DNA of 32,000 nucleotides from Candidatus Electrothrix yaqonensis (GTDB lineage Bacteria; Desulfobacterota; Desulfobulbia; Desulfobulbales; Desulfobulbaceae), in NCBI GenBank assembly GCA_047651235.1, contig CP178758.1, positions 3,060,001 to 3,092,000 on the forward strand, read 5' to 3'. The position numbers and the translations under genes were made by a program. Shown here one piece after another: positions 1 through 8,061 of the stretch. The notes under the pieces were generated by a model. That model ran no database searches. It saw only the letters and a program-made list of their open reading frames with translations, and had not been told where the DNA came from. The stretch's first letter is position 1; each line of letters begins with the position of its first letter.

Positions 1-2
1 TC

Positions 3-581
3 CCTATATCACTCGAAGAAACTTTAGTTTATGGCTATCGGGCATACGGTCGCTTAAGTATATGGTTATTTTATATTTTAGGCTTGACCATTTCGATAAT
101 CATTTTTTTTGCTATATTGCGATGGCTTAGGACAACCAAGATATTTGAAAAATTCACTGATAATTTAACTAGATTTTCAATATCTACTAGCATTAGAGAC
201 TCAGTGTTATTTAAGGATAAAATAATCATATTTTTTGTAAAGTTTTTCGGAATATCGTTTCTTCTTCTAACTTGCATCTATACGATATTCTTTGTTTACC
301 GAGAAGCGCAACTCCAAGGATACGATGCTGGATTTGATTACCATCACACATTAAGAAATATACAAAGAACAAATCCGTTGGCCATATATAAAACTAAAGA
401 AGGTGAGTCATACGAAGGTACGGTTGTAACTTGTAGTGAGAAGTATTGTGCTCTGTTTGCATCAGGCAAGATTATCGTTTTAGCCCTATCTAGTATTGAT
501 TTATCCACAAGAAAAGCACCTGACATTCTGAAAAGACGGCATACGAAACACAATCCGAGACGATTCATTTACTCGGATTGA
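3..581 (+). CDS. Hypothetical membrane protein, possibly 5'-truncated by the window edge
   Basis: The ORF track starts it at a TTG (84). The same frame is stop-free back to nt 3, and the 165-aa product has no internal Met, so the real start is probably upstream of the window. Hydrophobic segments are IIIFFAIL and FFVKFFGISFLLLTCIYTIFFV, followed by a roughly 90-aa soluble tail. It lies in AT-rich DNA and I recognise no family motif. Confidence 0.35.
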   Translation, partial: PISLEETLVYGYRAYGRLSIWLFYILGLTISIIIFFAILRWLRTTKIFEKFTDNLTRFSISTSIRDSVLFKDKIIIFFVKFFGISFLLLTCIYTIFFVYREAQLQGYDAGFDYHHTLRNIQRTNPLAIYKTKEGESYEGTVVTCSEKYCALFASGKIIVLALSSIDLSTRKAPDILKRRHTKHNPRRFIYSD

Positions 582-675
582 CGGAATACGGATAATGGAA
601 AGATGCCTAACAAGTAAATCAAGCGGACGCGAAAAACTGTGCCGCTTATTAAAATGTTAGGTGTAGTCACAGAGC

Positions 676-1017
676 ATGACAGAAGCAGATAAAGAAATTT
701 TAGAGATTCTGAAAGAACTATTTCGTAATAAAGATAACGAACTTATCGATCCAGATGACCTTCTTAGAGAACAAATCGTAAAATGGACAATTTATTTTTC
801 TATTTTTTCTGTTGTTACGCTGGTTCCTGCAAAAATATTTGGGCATGCAGGTAGCGATCTTATTAATGGGGTTCTATCAGGTGTAATTGGAGTGACATTC
901 ACATTTCTCTTTGTTTATCTAAATATTAAATCGAAGAACCCAAGTTTTATATTGTACGTGTTAACTTGGTTATCAGCCGGGAAAGCTGCCCAAGCGGATT
1001 TTCCAGGAACACTTTAA
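676..1017 (+). CDS. Hypothetical small membrane protein (113 aa)
   Basis: ATG-initiated ORF in the AT-rich block. It has an acidic N-terminal helix (EILEILKELF) followed by two or three hydrophobic segments (WTIYFSIFSVVTLV, GVIGVTFTFLFVYL). No recognisable motif. Confidence 0.4.
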   Translation: MTEADKEILEILKELFRNKDNELIDPDDLLREQIVKWTIYFSIFSVVTLVPAKIFGHAGSDLINGVLSGVIGVTFTFLFVYLNIKSKNPSFILYVLTWLSAGKAAQADFPGTL

Positions 1018-1041
1018 CACTATTATTATGAGGTTACCGAT

Positions 1042-2505
1042 ATGAACCAGAAGTATTCTTTTTTACGCCCAAGTATGATGACGGCTTTTGTGCTTTGTTT
1101 TTTTCTGTCCGCAGTGCAGGCTGTAGCGGAAAATCATGATAAAGCTCTTGCAATGCTGGACCGTTCTGCCAAGGCATTCAGTTCGGTGGTGAAAAAGGCC
1201 GGGCCTGCGGTGGTGTATATCGAGGTGGAAAAAAGCGCGGCGAGAGGCAGCAGCCCCGGACAGCCGAACCTGTTTGATGATCCTATTTTTGAACACTTCT
1301 TTGGAAAAAGGTTTCAGCAGAAACCGAGTCCGAGTCCGTTCAAGCGGCACGGGGCCGGTTCCGGCTTTATTATTGCGCCGGACGGCCTGATTCTGACCAA
1401 CAACCACGTAGTTGAAGATGCGGATAATATCAGAGTCAGACTGGCGGACAAACAGGAGTTTACGGCATCGGTAGTCGGTACGGACCCCCAGTCCGATGTG
1501 GCGCTGATTCAGATCGATGGAAAAAACTTACCCTTTCTGCCTCTGGGAGATTCTGACCAACTTGAGGTCGGTGAATGGGTGATCGCCATCGGCAGCCCTT
1601 TTGAATTGAGCCAGACGGTCACGGTCGGTGTGGTTTCGGCAAAAGGGCGCTCTAAAATAGGGATTAATGATTATGAAAATTTTATCCAGACCGATGCGGC
1701 CATCAATCCCGGCAATTCAGGCGGCCCGCTGCTCAATATCCACGGCAAAGTCGTGGGTATCAATACCGCTATTTTTTCCCGCAGCGGCGGCTACATGGGG
1801 ATCGGCTTCGCCATTCCCATCAACATGGCCAAAGCCATTGAAGGGCAGCTGCGCGACAAGGGCAAGGTGACCAGGGGCTGGCTCGGTCTTGCCATTCAGG
1901 ATATGAATGAAGACCTTGCCCATTCCTTCGGCGTCAACCGGGCGGAAGGAATTCTTGTCTCCGAGGTTACAGAAGGATCTCCTGCGGAGAAGGCAGGCAT
2001 CAAACAGGGAGATATTCTGGTTGAGCTTGACGGCCGGAAGCTGATAGATGTGGACGATCTGCGTAACCGCGTCGCCTTGACTGCTCCGGGGAGCACTATC
2101 AAACTGCGCATCATCCGGGACGGCAAAAGAGATGACATCAATGTGGTCATTGCCGAGCAGCCTGCTGATTTCAGCCGGGCAACCCGGTTAAGAATGAAAA
2201 AGCAGAGCAGTTCCGCCCTGGACAAAATGGGCCTGACCCTCCAGGAACTGACGCCTGAACTGGCCAAACAGTTCGGCTACAGCGAACAGCAGGGCGTGAT
2301 CGTCACGGAAGTCACAGAGTACAGTCCGGCCGACAGCGTCGGTATTCAGCCGGGCCAACTGATTGAGGAGGTGAACAGAGTACGGGTACATAATCTGGCT
2401 GAACTGAAGGATGCCGTCAAGAAAGGGAAGAATCCGAATCAGGTACTCCTGCGGATTCGGGCCGGGAAGTACAGTAAATATGTGGTCCTGCGCTATGAGG
2501 AGTAA
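1042..2505 (+). CDS. htrA: Periplasmic serine endoprotease, HtrA/DegP/DegQ family (trypsin-like domain plus two PDZ domains)
   Basis: Signal-peptide-like N-terminus (FVLCFFLSAVQAVA). Catalytic triad contexts are TNNHVV (His), SDVALIQ (Asp) and GNSGGPL (Ser). Two PDZ-like segments are present (GILVSEVTEGSPAEKAGIKQGDIL and GVIVTEVTEYSPADSVGIQPGQLI). Confidence 0.92.
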   Translation: MNQKYSFLRPSMMTAFVLCFFLSAVQAVAENHDKALAMLDRSAKAFSSVVKKAGPAVVYIEVEKSAARGSSPGQPNLFDDPIFEHFFGKRFQQKPSPSPFKRHGAGSGFIIAPDGLILTNNHVVEDADNIRVRLADKQEFTASVVGTDPQSDVALIQIDGKNLPFLPLGDSDQLEVGEWVIAIGSPFELSQTVTVGVVSAKGRSKIGINDYENFIQTDAAINPGNSGGPLLNIHGKVVGINTAIFSRSGGYMGIGFAIPINMAKAIEGQLRDKGKVTRGWLGLAIQDMNEDLAHSFGVNRAEGILVSEVTEGSPAEKAGIKQGDILVELDGRKLIDVDDLRNRVALTAPGSTIKLRIIRDGKRDDINVVIAEQPADFSRATRLRMKKQSSSALDKMGLTLQELTPELAKQFGYSEQQGVIVTEVTEYSPADSVGIQPGQLIEEVNRVRVHNLAELKDAVKKGKNPNQVLLRIRAGKYSKYVVLRYEE

Positions 2506-2529
2506 ATCTGGTCCGTATTCCTTTCCCTT

Positions 2530-2556
2530 GTTCCCGGATGCCGGTTGTCCGGGAAC
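2530..2556 (+). terminator. Stem-loop after htrA (possible terminator or attenuator)
   Basis: Perfect 9-bp inverted repeat GTTCCCGGA (2530-2538) / TCCGGGAAC (2548-2556) with a 9-nt loop, 25 nt after the htrA stop. The T-run (TTTTT) begins only about 12 nt later, so this is not a textbook intrinsic terminator. Confidence 0.35.
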
Positions 2557-2588
2557 ATTCTGCTCAGTTTTTCCTGCAGGCTGCCTGT

Positions 2589-2990
2589 ATGTCCTCTGAT
2601 TCTCCGCCAGATTCACTCGACTCACTGGATTCCCTGACTGAGCTTACTGCTGCTGTCCGTGATTTTGCAGAACAGCGGGACTGGGAACAGTTTCATATCC
2701 CGAAAAATCTTGCTATGGCCCTGATCGTTGAGGCCGCCGAGCTGGCGGAGCATTTTCAGTGGCTGAACCAGCAGCAGAGCCGGGAACTTGATGCGGAACA
2801 GCAGGAAGCAATTTCCCTGGAAATGGCGGATGTGCTCATTTATCTGGTGCGCATGGCTGACCGGTTGGGGATCGATCTGCTTCAGGCTGCGCAGAAAAAA
2901 CTGGGCATCAACGAAAAAAAATATCCGGTTGCCCTGTGCGCCGGAAAAGCAGATAAGTACACCCGGTATCAGCCGAAACAGAAATCGTGA
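2589..2990 (+). CDS. MazG-like nucleoside triphosphate pyrophosphohydrolase (small all-alpha, dCTPase-like type)
   Basis: Shows the paired acidic helix motifs typical of the MazG/dimeric-dUTPase superfamily: EAAELAEHFQW and EMADVLIYLVRMADRLGIDL. The ORF track begins at ATG 2538, but that ATG sits inside the 2530-2556 stem-loop. I therefore prefer the in-frame ATG at 2589 (MSSDSPP...). The start is uncertain. Confidence 0.75.
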   Translation: MSSDSPPDSLDSLDSLTELTAAVRDFAEQRDWEQFHIPKNLAMALIVEAAELAEHFQWLNQQQSRELDAEQQEAISLEMADVLIYLVRMADRLGIDLLQAAQKKLGINEKKYPVALCAGKADKYTRYQPKQKS

Positions 2991-4063
2991 ATGGGGAAGC
3001 CGCACAGGCAGCATCCTTTTTTCTGCCCGCAGAGGACCTTACCGCTCTGGTTCCCCTGGGTGGCGGAATTGTCAACGATACATTCCGGGTTACGCTCCGG
3101 TCCGGGGAGAAATATATCCTGCAGCGGCTCAACCCGGCTGTTTTTCCGGACCCGGCAGCGGTGCAGGAAAATTTGGTCAGAGTGACCTCGCATATGCAGG
3201 CCATTCTTGAGCGCAGCCCTGCACCGGGCCTGACTTTGTTCCGGCCAGTCCGGAATCCTGCCGGAAAGCTCATGTATACAGAGCCGGATGGTTCCTGCTG
3301 GCGTCTGCTCACCTGTATCGACAATACCTGTTCCCTGCGTTCGATCAGCACGCCCGCTCAGGCCAAGGAAATAGGCCGGGCACTCGGCCAGTTTCATCGG
3401 CTTGTTGCCACCCTGCCCTCAGCTGCACTCAAAGATCCTCTGCCCGGATTTCATAACACGCCCCTATATCTGGCCCGATACGATAACCTCCTTCTTTCAC
3501 CCCTGAATGCCCTGAACAAGGAGGCTGAGGACTGCCGGAATTTTATCGAACAACGGAGAGGGGAGGTTTTTCTTCTGGAAAATGCCCGGCAACAGGGACT
3601 GATTACCTCTCAGGTTGTGCATGGTGATCCCAAGGTTGCCAATTTTCTTTTTTCCCCGGACGGGCAGCGGGTTCACAGCCTGATTGATCTGGATACAGTC
3701 AGGCCCGGCCTTCTGCTCCATGACTTGGGCGACTGCCTCCGTTCCTGCTGCAACCCCCTTGGTGAAGAAGTCGGGAACCCGGAGGACGCCGTTTTTGCGG
3801 CTGACTTCTTTGCTGCAGCTGTGGATGGCTACCTGCGCAGTGCTGCCGACCTGCTGACCGCCAAGGACATGGAGCTGTTTGTTGACAGCGTCGGCCTGAT
3901 CAGCTTTGAACTCGGGCTTCGTTTTTATAGCGATTATCTTGCTGATAACTGTTATTTTAAGGTGGACTATCCGGAGCACAACCTTTTCCGGGCACGGGTG
4001 CAGTTTGCTCTGGTGCGCTCCATTGAAGAACAGTACAGCAGGCTTACTGCGCTCAGCAGATAA
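2987..4063 (+). CDS. APH/protein-kinase-fold phosphotransferase, N-acetylhexosamine-1-kinase (NahK)-like
   Basis: Catalytic loop HGDPKVANFLF (HxDxxxxN) and metal-binding IDLDTV. The N-terminal nucleotide-binding region is GGGIVNDTFRVTL...KYILQRLN. At 358 aa it is similar in size to characterised NahK. The GTG start overlaps the MazG stop (GTGA). Substrate assignment is inference. Confidence 0.65.
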   Translation: MNGEAAQAASFFLPAEDLTALVPLGGGIVNDTFRVTLRSGEKYILQRLNPAVFPDPAAVQENLVRVTSHMQAILERSPAPGLTLFRPVRNPAGKLMYTEPDGSCWRLLTCIDNTCSLRSISTPAQAKEIGRALGQFHRLVATLPSAALKDPLPGFHNTPLYLARYDNLLLSPLNALNKEAEDCRNFIEQRRGEVFLLENARQQGLITSQVVHGDPKVANFLFSPDGQRVHSLIDLDTVRPGLLLHDLGDCLRSCCNPLGEEVGNPEDAVFAADFFAAAVDGYLRSAADLLTAKDMELFVDSVGLISFELGLRFYSDYLADNCYFKVDYPEHNLFRARVQFALVRSIEEQYSRLTALSR

Positions 4064-4102
4064 TCCCGACCGACAACCTGCAATTCTGTATACAAAAAGA
4101 AG

Positions 4103-4528
4103 ATGATGAAAATAGAAGACGGAAAGACCGTTATCCTCGACTATACCCTGGCGCTTGCAGATGGCCGGGTTATTGACAGCACGCAGGATGACGGACCGTT
4201 CACCTATATCCAGGGTTCCGGCGAGATCCTTGACGGTCTGGAGCAGGAGTTGAACGGCTTGGAAAAGGGAACAAAAAAGGAGTTCACCCTTGCCGCATTC
4301 CATGCCTTTGGGGAACATGACCCTGAGGCTCTGCGTGAAATCCATAAAAATGAGCTACCTTCGCAGGTACATGTTGCTGGAACCCGGTTCCAGGGCAACG
4401 GCCCGCAGGGAAAAATACTGAACGGCAGGGTAGTGGAAGTGAGAGAAAATACCCTTCTGGTTGATTTCAATCATCCTTATGCAGGCGAACAGCTCTGCTG
4501 TTCAGTGCATATTCTTGATGTACGTTGA
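4103..4528 (+). CDS. FKBP-type peptidyl-prolyl cis-trans isomerase (SlyD/FkpB-like, with insert-in-flap region)
   Basis: DGKTVILDYTL...DGRVIDST, GLEQELNGLEKG and the C-terminal LVDFNHPYAGEQL are characteristic of SlyD/FkpB-type FKBPs. There is no His-rich tail. Confidence 0.85.
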   Translation: MMKIEDGKTVILDYTLALADGRVIDSTQDDGPFTYIQGSGEILDGLEQELNGLEKGTKKEFTLAAFHAFGEHDPEALREIHKNELPSQVHVAGTRFQGNGPQGKILNGRVVEVRENTLLVDFNHPYAGEQLCCSVHILDVR

Positions 4529-4560
4529 CCCCGAAAAACTGACCGGATACAGGAGGAAAT

Positions 4561-5301
4561 ATGAACGGACAGGCTGAACAGCGTAAAGGAATATCCCTCC
4601 GACAGGTGCTGATGATTGTAGCCGGGACCATGCTGCTGACCATTGTGGCTATGGTTGTTGTCATCAAGATCTGGCTCTTTCCTTCTCCCTTTACCCCGGT
4701 TGAGCTGAGTCAAAAGGAAGAACAGCAATTAGAAAAAAAGCTGGACCAACTTGACTCCGTTGCAGCACCGTCTCGGTCTGTTCCATATGAGCAGAGAAGG
4801 GATGATGCTGTCCGGCAACCGCCTGCCAGCGGGCAACAGGGTGATCGACAGGGGGATTTTGATGACCAAGGTACATTACGACCGGAAGCCTACTCTGAAG
4901 AAGGGGCAACACGGGAAATCACCTTCAGTGAACGGGAGCTGAACGCTCTGCTGGCAAACAACACCGATCTGGCCCAAAAAATGGCTATCGATCTGGCGCA
5001 GGATCTGGTGAGCCTCCGCCTGCTGCTGCCGCTTGACCCTGATTTTCCGGTTATGGGCGGCAAGACCCTCCGGGTGCGGGCTGGGGTGGAACTGGCTTAT
5101 CGGGACAGCAGGCCGGTGATGATCCTGAAAGGGGTTTCCCTGATGGGGGTGCCTCTGCCCAATGCCTGGCTGGGCGGCCTGAAGAATATCGATATAATGC
5201 AGGAGTTCGGCGGTCAGCCGGGATTCTGGCAGAGCCTCGGTGAAGGGCTGGACAGTATCCGGGTCAGAGAAGGCGAGCTGTATATCAGGCTGAAGGAGTA
5301 A
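4561..5301 (+). CDS. Membrane-anchored protein of unknown function (246 aa)
   Basis: Strong SD (AGGAGG) 5 nt upstream of the ATG. It has a single N-terminal TM segment (VLMIVAGTMLLTIVAMVVVIKIWLF), a charged low-complexity linker (QQ/RR/DD rich) and a C-terminal domain of roughly 130 aa. I cannot name a family. Confidence 0.6.
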   Translation: MNGQAEQRKGISLRQVLMIVAGTMLLTIVAMVVVIKIWLFPSPFTPVELSQKEEQQLEKKLDQLDSVAAPSRSVPYEQRRDDAVRQPPASGQQGDRQGDFDDQGTLRPEAYSEEGATREITFSERELNALLANNTDLAQKMAIDLAQDLVSLRLLLPLDPDFPVMGGKTLRVRAGVELAYRDSRPVMILKGVSLMGVPLPNAWLGGLKNIDIMQEFGGQPGFWQSLGEGLDSIRVREGELYIRLKE

Positions 5302-6424
5302 CCGGGCTGAGAACCCCGGCCGGGCCGGGCTGATACAGCCGGATACCGCGTTCACCGTACACCCGGGTGATATTGTTGATCATGGCGGTCAGGCCGTATT
5401 TCCCGGCAATATCCCGGCGCTGCTGCTGAATCTGCTGTTCATTACGGCCAAGCTGGTCGGCCAGCTCAAGCAGCCCGGCCTTTGCCGCTACCAGATCATT
5501 ATACTCAATCGTTTTAAATTTACTCACGAATTCCAAGGGTTCCAACAGGGAAGGAGTGCGGCAGACCAGCAGCGGGATACCGTAGAGCAGTCCCTGGATA
5601 AACGACTGGGAGATTCCTTCGGCTTCATAGGAGGAAAAGAAGATCATATCAAGAGCGGAAAAAAAGCGCTCCGGATCTTCCCGGTGTCCTGTCAGGATGA
5701 AGCGGTCCGCCACACCGGTCTCAGCAATTTCCTGTTCCAGAAGGACACGGTCGTCCCCGCCGCCGACAAACATAAATTTGAAATTTTTCGGCATGAGCGC
5801 TGCCGTACGGACGATAAAGCTGTGTCCTTTGTAATGCCGCAGAAAAGAAACATTGCCCACCAGAATATCCTGCTCAGCGATATTGTACTGCTCTCGGATT
5901 TCCATGCGGTCACAGTCGGAGAAGCGGAACCGCTGTTCATCAACACCGGTGGACTGGACAACAATTTTTCCCCGCTGCACCTTCTGTTCTGCCAGCTGCC
6001 GCCCGATAGACTCGCTGCAGGCAAAGATGACATCAGCAAAGGCATTATAACTGAAAGAGGAGGAAATTGGCGCCAGAACATGTCTGGTTTTGATAACCAG
6101 GGGAACCCGGCATAGCCTGGCCAGACAACCGGCCATCCAGGAATCCTCGGAGGAATGAGTATTGATGACTGCTGGACGAAGCCGCCGGATTAGGGCATAC
6201 AGCTCTTTCCAGGCTGTAAGATTGAACTTGGAAGAAAAATCAATATAATGGACAGGTATCCCTTCTGCTTTGCCCCGCCGCGCGAGTTCCGCCCCTTGCC
6301 GGACAATCATGCCCACCCGGAACCCCAGTTTTTTCATGGCCCGCAATTCTGTGAGCGTCCGAATCTCCTGTCCGCCCCAGGAGCGTGACCAGTCAGTATG
6401 AAGAATAAGCGGTTGCTGCTGCAC
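5285..6424 (-). CDS. Glycosyltransferase, GT4 (group 1) family
   Basis: GT-B architecture. The C-terminal half carries the group-1 acceptor/donor region FFSSYEAEGISQSFIQGLLYGIPLL (E-x7-type motif). The 3' end overlaps the convergent 4561-5301 gene by 17 nt. Confidence 0.8.
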   Translation of the reverse strand: MQQQPLILHTDWSRSWGGQEIRTLTELRAMKKLGFRVGMIVRQGAELARRGKAEGIPVHYIDFSSKFNLTAWKELYALIRRLRPAVINTHSSEDSWMAGCLARLCRVPLVIKTRHVLAPISSSFSYNAFADVIFACSESIGRQLAEQKVQRGKIVVQSTGVDEQRFRFSDCDRMEIREQYNIAEQDILVGNVSFLRHYKGHSFIVRTAALMPKNFKFMFVGGGDDRVLLEQEIAETGVADRFILTGHREDPERFFSALDMIFFSSYEAEGISQSFIQGLLYGIPLLVCRTPSLLEPLEFVSKFKTIEYNDLVAAKAGLLELADQLGRNEQQIQQQRRDIAGKYGLTAMINNITRVYGERGIRLYQPGPAGVLSPVTPSA

Positions 6425-6627
6425 AACAGTTGCTCCTGTATTCAGATTATTGTAGAGTCAAAAAAATTTAACTGCCTCTTCAGTATAACGGATTCCATTT
6501 AATTTGGCAAAGGTGCTTCCATGAGCCAAGTGCAATTAAAAATGCAGTATTGTCAAGTGTCGGTTCAATAAAATTATTCATTAAAATTCATTCAGTTGAA
6601 CGAGACTGCAGACAGCGCGGAAAATGT

Positions 6628-6654
6628 TTTTGTCCGTTTTGTCCGTTTTGCCGG
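6628..6654. repeat. Short tandem 9-mer (TTTTGTCCG x2 plus the imperfect copy TTTTGCCGG)
   Basis: Read directly at 6628-6654, inside the 419-bp AT-rich divergent region between the GT4 gene and lgt. Confidence 0.5.
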
Positions 6655-6843
6655 AGAGCCGGTGTACGGTGTATATTTTCTCGCATCTCAGCACCTCTGT
6701 TCATTTAATTTTTTACAGCACTTGGCAGATCCGTTATATTCCGGTTGATTATAAAAAAATTTGATTTCAAAGAAGATGGATAGCAGAAAAATCACGGTAT
6801 CCTTTTGTCATTGATCATTTGAAACGTGTGATAACAAAAAAAT

Positions 6844-7668
6844 ATGCTCACCTATCCCCAGATCGATCCGATTATCTTTTCCTTCGGCCCCCTGCATGTG
6901 CGCTGGTATGGGCTGATGTACATCCTCGGCTTCATCGCCTGCTATCTGCTGGTCAGCTATCAGGCCCGGCGTTTTCAGTTCAACCGGCTGACTGAACATC
7001 TGGACAATCTGAATATCGCCGGTATTGCCGGAGTTATCCTCGGCGGCAGGCTGGGCTATGTCCTGTTTTACAACCTGCCCTATTTTCTGCACCATCCTCT
7101 TGAAATATTCGCCACCTGGCAGGGCGGGATGTCCTTTCACGGCGGCGCTATAGGGGTGCTTGCTGCTCTGCTGCTGTACAGCAGACGGCAGCAGCTTCCC
7201 TTCTGGCAGGTGATGGATACCTATACGGTCACGGTTCCTATCGGTCTCGGCCTGGGCAGGATCGGTAATTTCATTAATGCGGAACTGTACGGCAGGACTA
7301 CCGAAGTTCCCTGGGGCATGGTCTTCCCCAACGGCGGGCCTCTTCCCCGGCATCCGTCCCAGCTCTATGAGGCCCTGCTTGAGGGGCTTGTCCTGTTTCT
7401 TATTCTCTGGTCGCTGAAAGGTAAGCCCTGGCAGAAGAAGAAAGGAAAACAGCAGATAAACTGGCCCCACGGATCAATGGGTGCGTTGTTTCTGATTCTG
7501 TACGGAATTTTTCGCTTTATTGTGGAATTTGTCCGCGAGCCGGACCCACAGCTCGGTACTGTCCTGCTGGGCATGACTATGGGGCAGGTGCTCAGCGCGG
7601 CCATGGTGACAGCGGGTACAGTCCTCTGGATTGTACTTGCCAAGAAAGCGGCAGCGACAGGCTCCTGA
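6844..7668 (+). CDS. lgt: Phosphatidylglycerol-prolipoprotein diacylglyceryl transferase
   Basis: Typical Lgt N-terminus (IDPIIFSFGPLHVRWYGLMYILGF). Also GRIGNFINAELYGR and the signature HPSQLYEALLEG. Confidence 0.93.
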   Translation: MLTYPQIDPIIFSFGPLHVRWYGLMYILGFIACYLLVSYQARRFQFNRLTEHLDNLNIAGIAGVILGGRLGYVLFYNLPYFLHHPLEIFATWQGGMSFHGGAIGVLAALLLYSRRQQLPFWQVMDTYTVTVPIGLGLGRIGNFINAELYGRTTEVPWGMVFPNGGPLPRHPSQLYEALLEGLVLFLILWSLKGKPWQKKKGKQQINWPHGSMGALFLILYGIFRFIVEFVREPDPQLGTVLLGMTMGQVLSAAMVTAGTVLWIVLAKKAAATGS

Positions 7669-7983
7669 CCATCGTCTTCCATGATGGAAGTGGTGATCGC
7701 CTCAGGCAGACTCAATACCTGCTATATAGTGCAATACAATGTTGTTTACACGCTAACTCTTTAAAATTAATATAAAATATATGTGGTCCTTTTTTAAGGA
7801 ATCCATAAGCAGCCAGCAGCAAAAATTATTTAGTTGCATTTTATCGAAGATAGATTTATATTAGCCATAATTTAGATTAAGCATTTTCTTTTTCGTCACA
7901 TCGTCCTTTCCCCGATGGTGATTATAGGCGCTCTTCCGGTGCCTGCCTGAAAAGTTTCTGCTGATTTTTTTTGGAGAAGCAGT

Positions 7984-8061
7984 ATGAACCTTTTTGTCGG
8001 CAATCTTCCCTAAAATATTACTGTACCTCAACTCACTGAGCTGTTAGCTATACAAAAGTAA
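7984..8061 (+). pseudogene. Relic of an RRM-type RNA-binding protein gene (RNP2 motif retained, in-frame TAA at codon 10)
   Basis: GGAG lies 7 nt upstream of ATG 7984. Translation is MNLFVGNLP*NITVPQLTELLAIQK*. LFVGNL is the consensus RNP2 hexamer, and GNLPYNIT...L.ELF is the usual start of bacterial single-RRM proteins. The TAA (8011) sits where Tyr normally is. The decay may continue to about 8250 (see findings). Confidence 0.5.

Noticed and set aside
2538-2588. Upstream ATG (2538) given by the ORF track for the MazG-like gene
   Set aside because: The ATG lies within the 2530-2556 stem-loop directly after htrA. The added 17 residues are not family-like. ATG 2589 is preferred but not proven.
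2601-2640. Short peptide repeat DSPPDSLDSLDSL at the MazG-like N-terminus, and a similar IDSADSIDSA at the C-terminus of the HD-GYP regulator
   Set aside because: These are low-complexity tails of a few codons. They are too short to be meaningful tandem repeats.
5285-5301. 17-nt 3'-3' overlap of the convergent genes 4561-5301 and 5285-6424
   Set aside because: Short convergent overlaps are common. The GT4 C-terminal residues in the overlap are probably a non-conserved tail. Nothing suggests special regulation.
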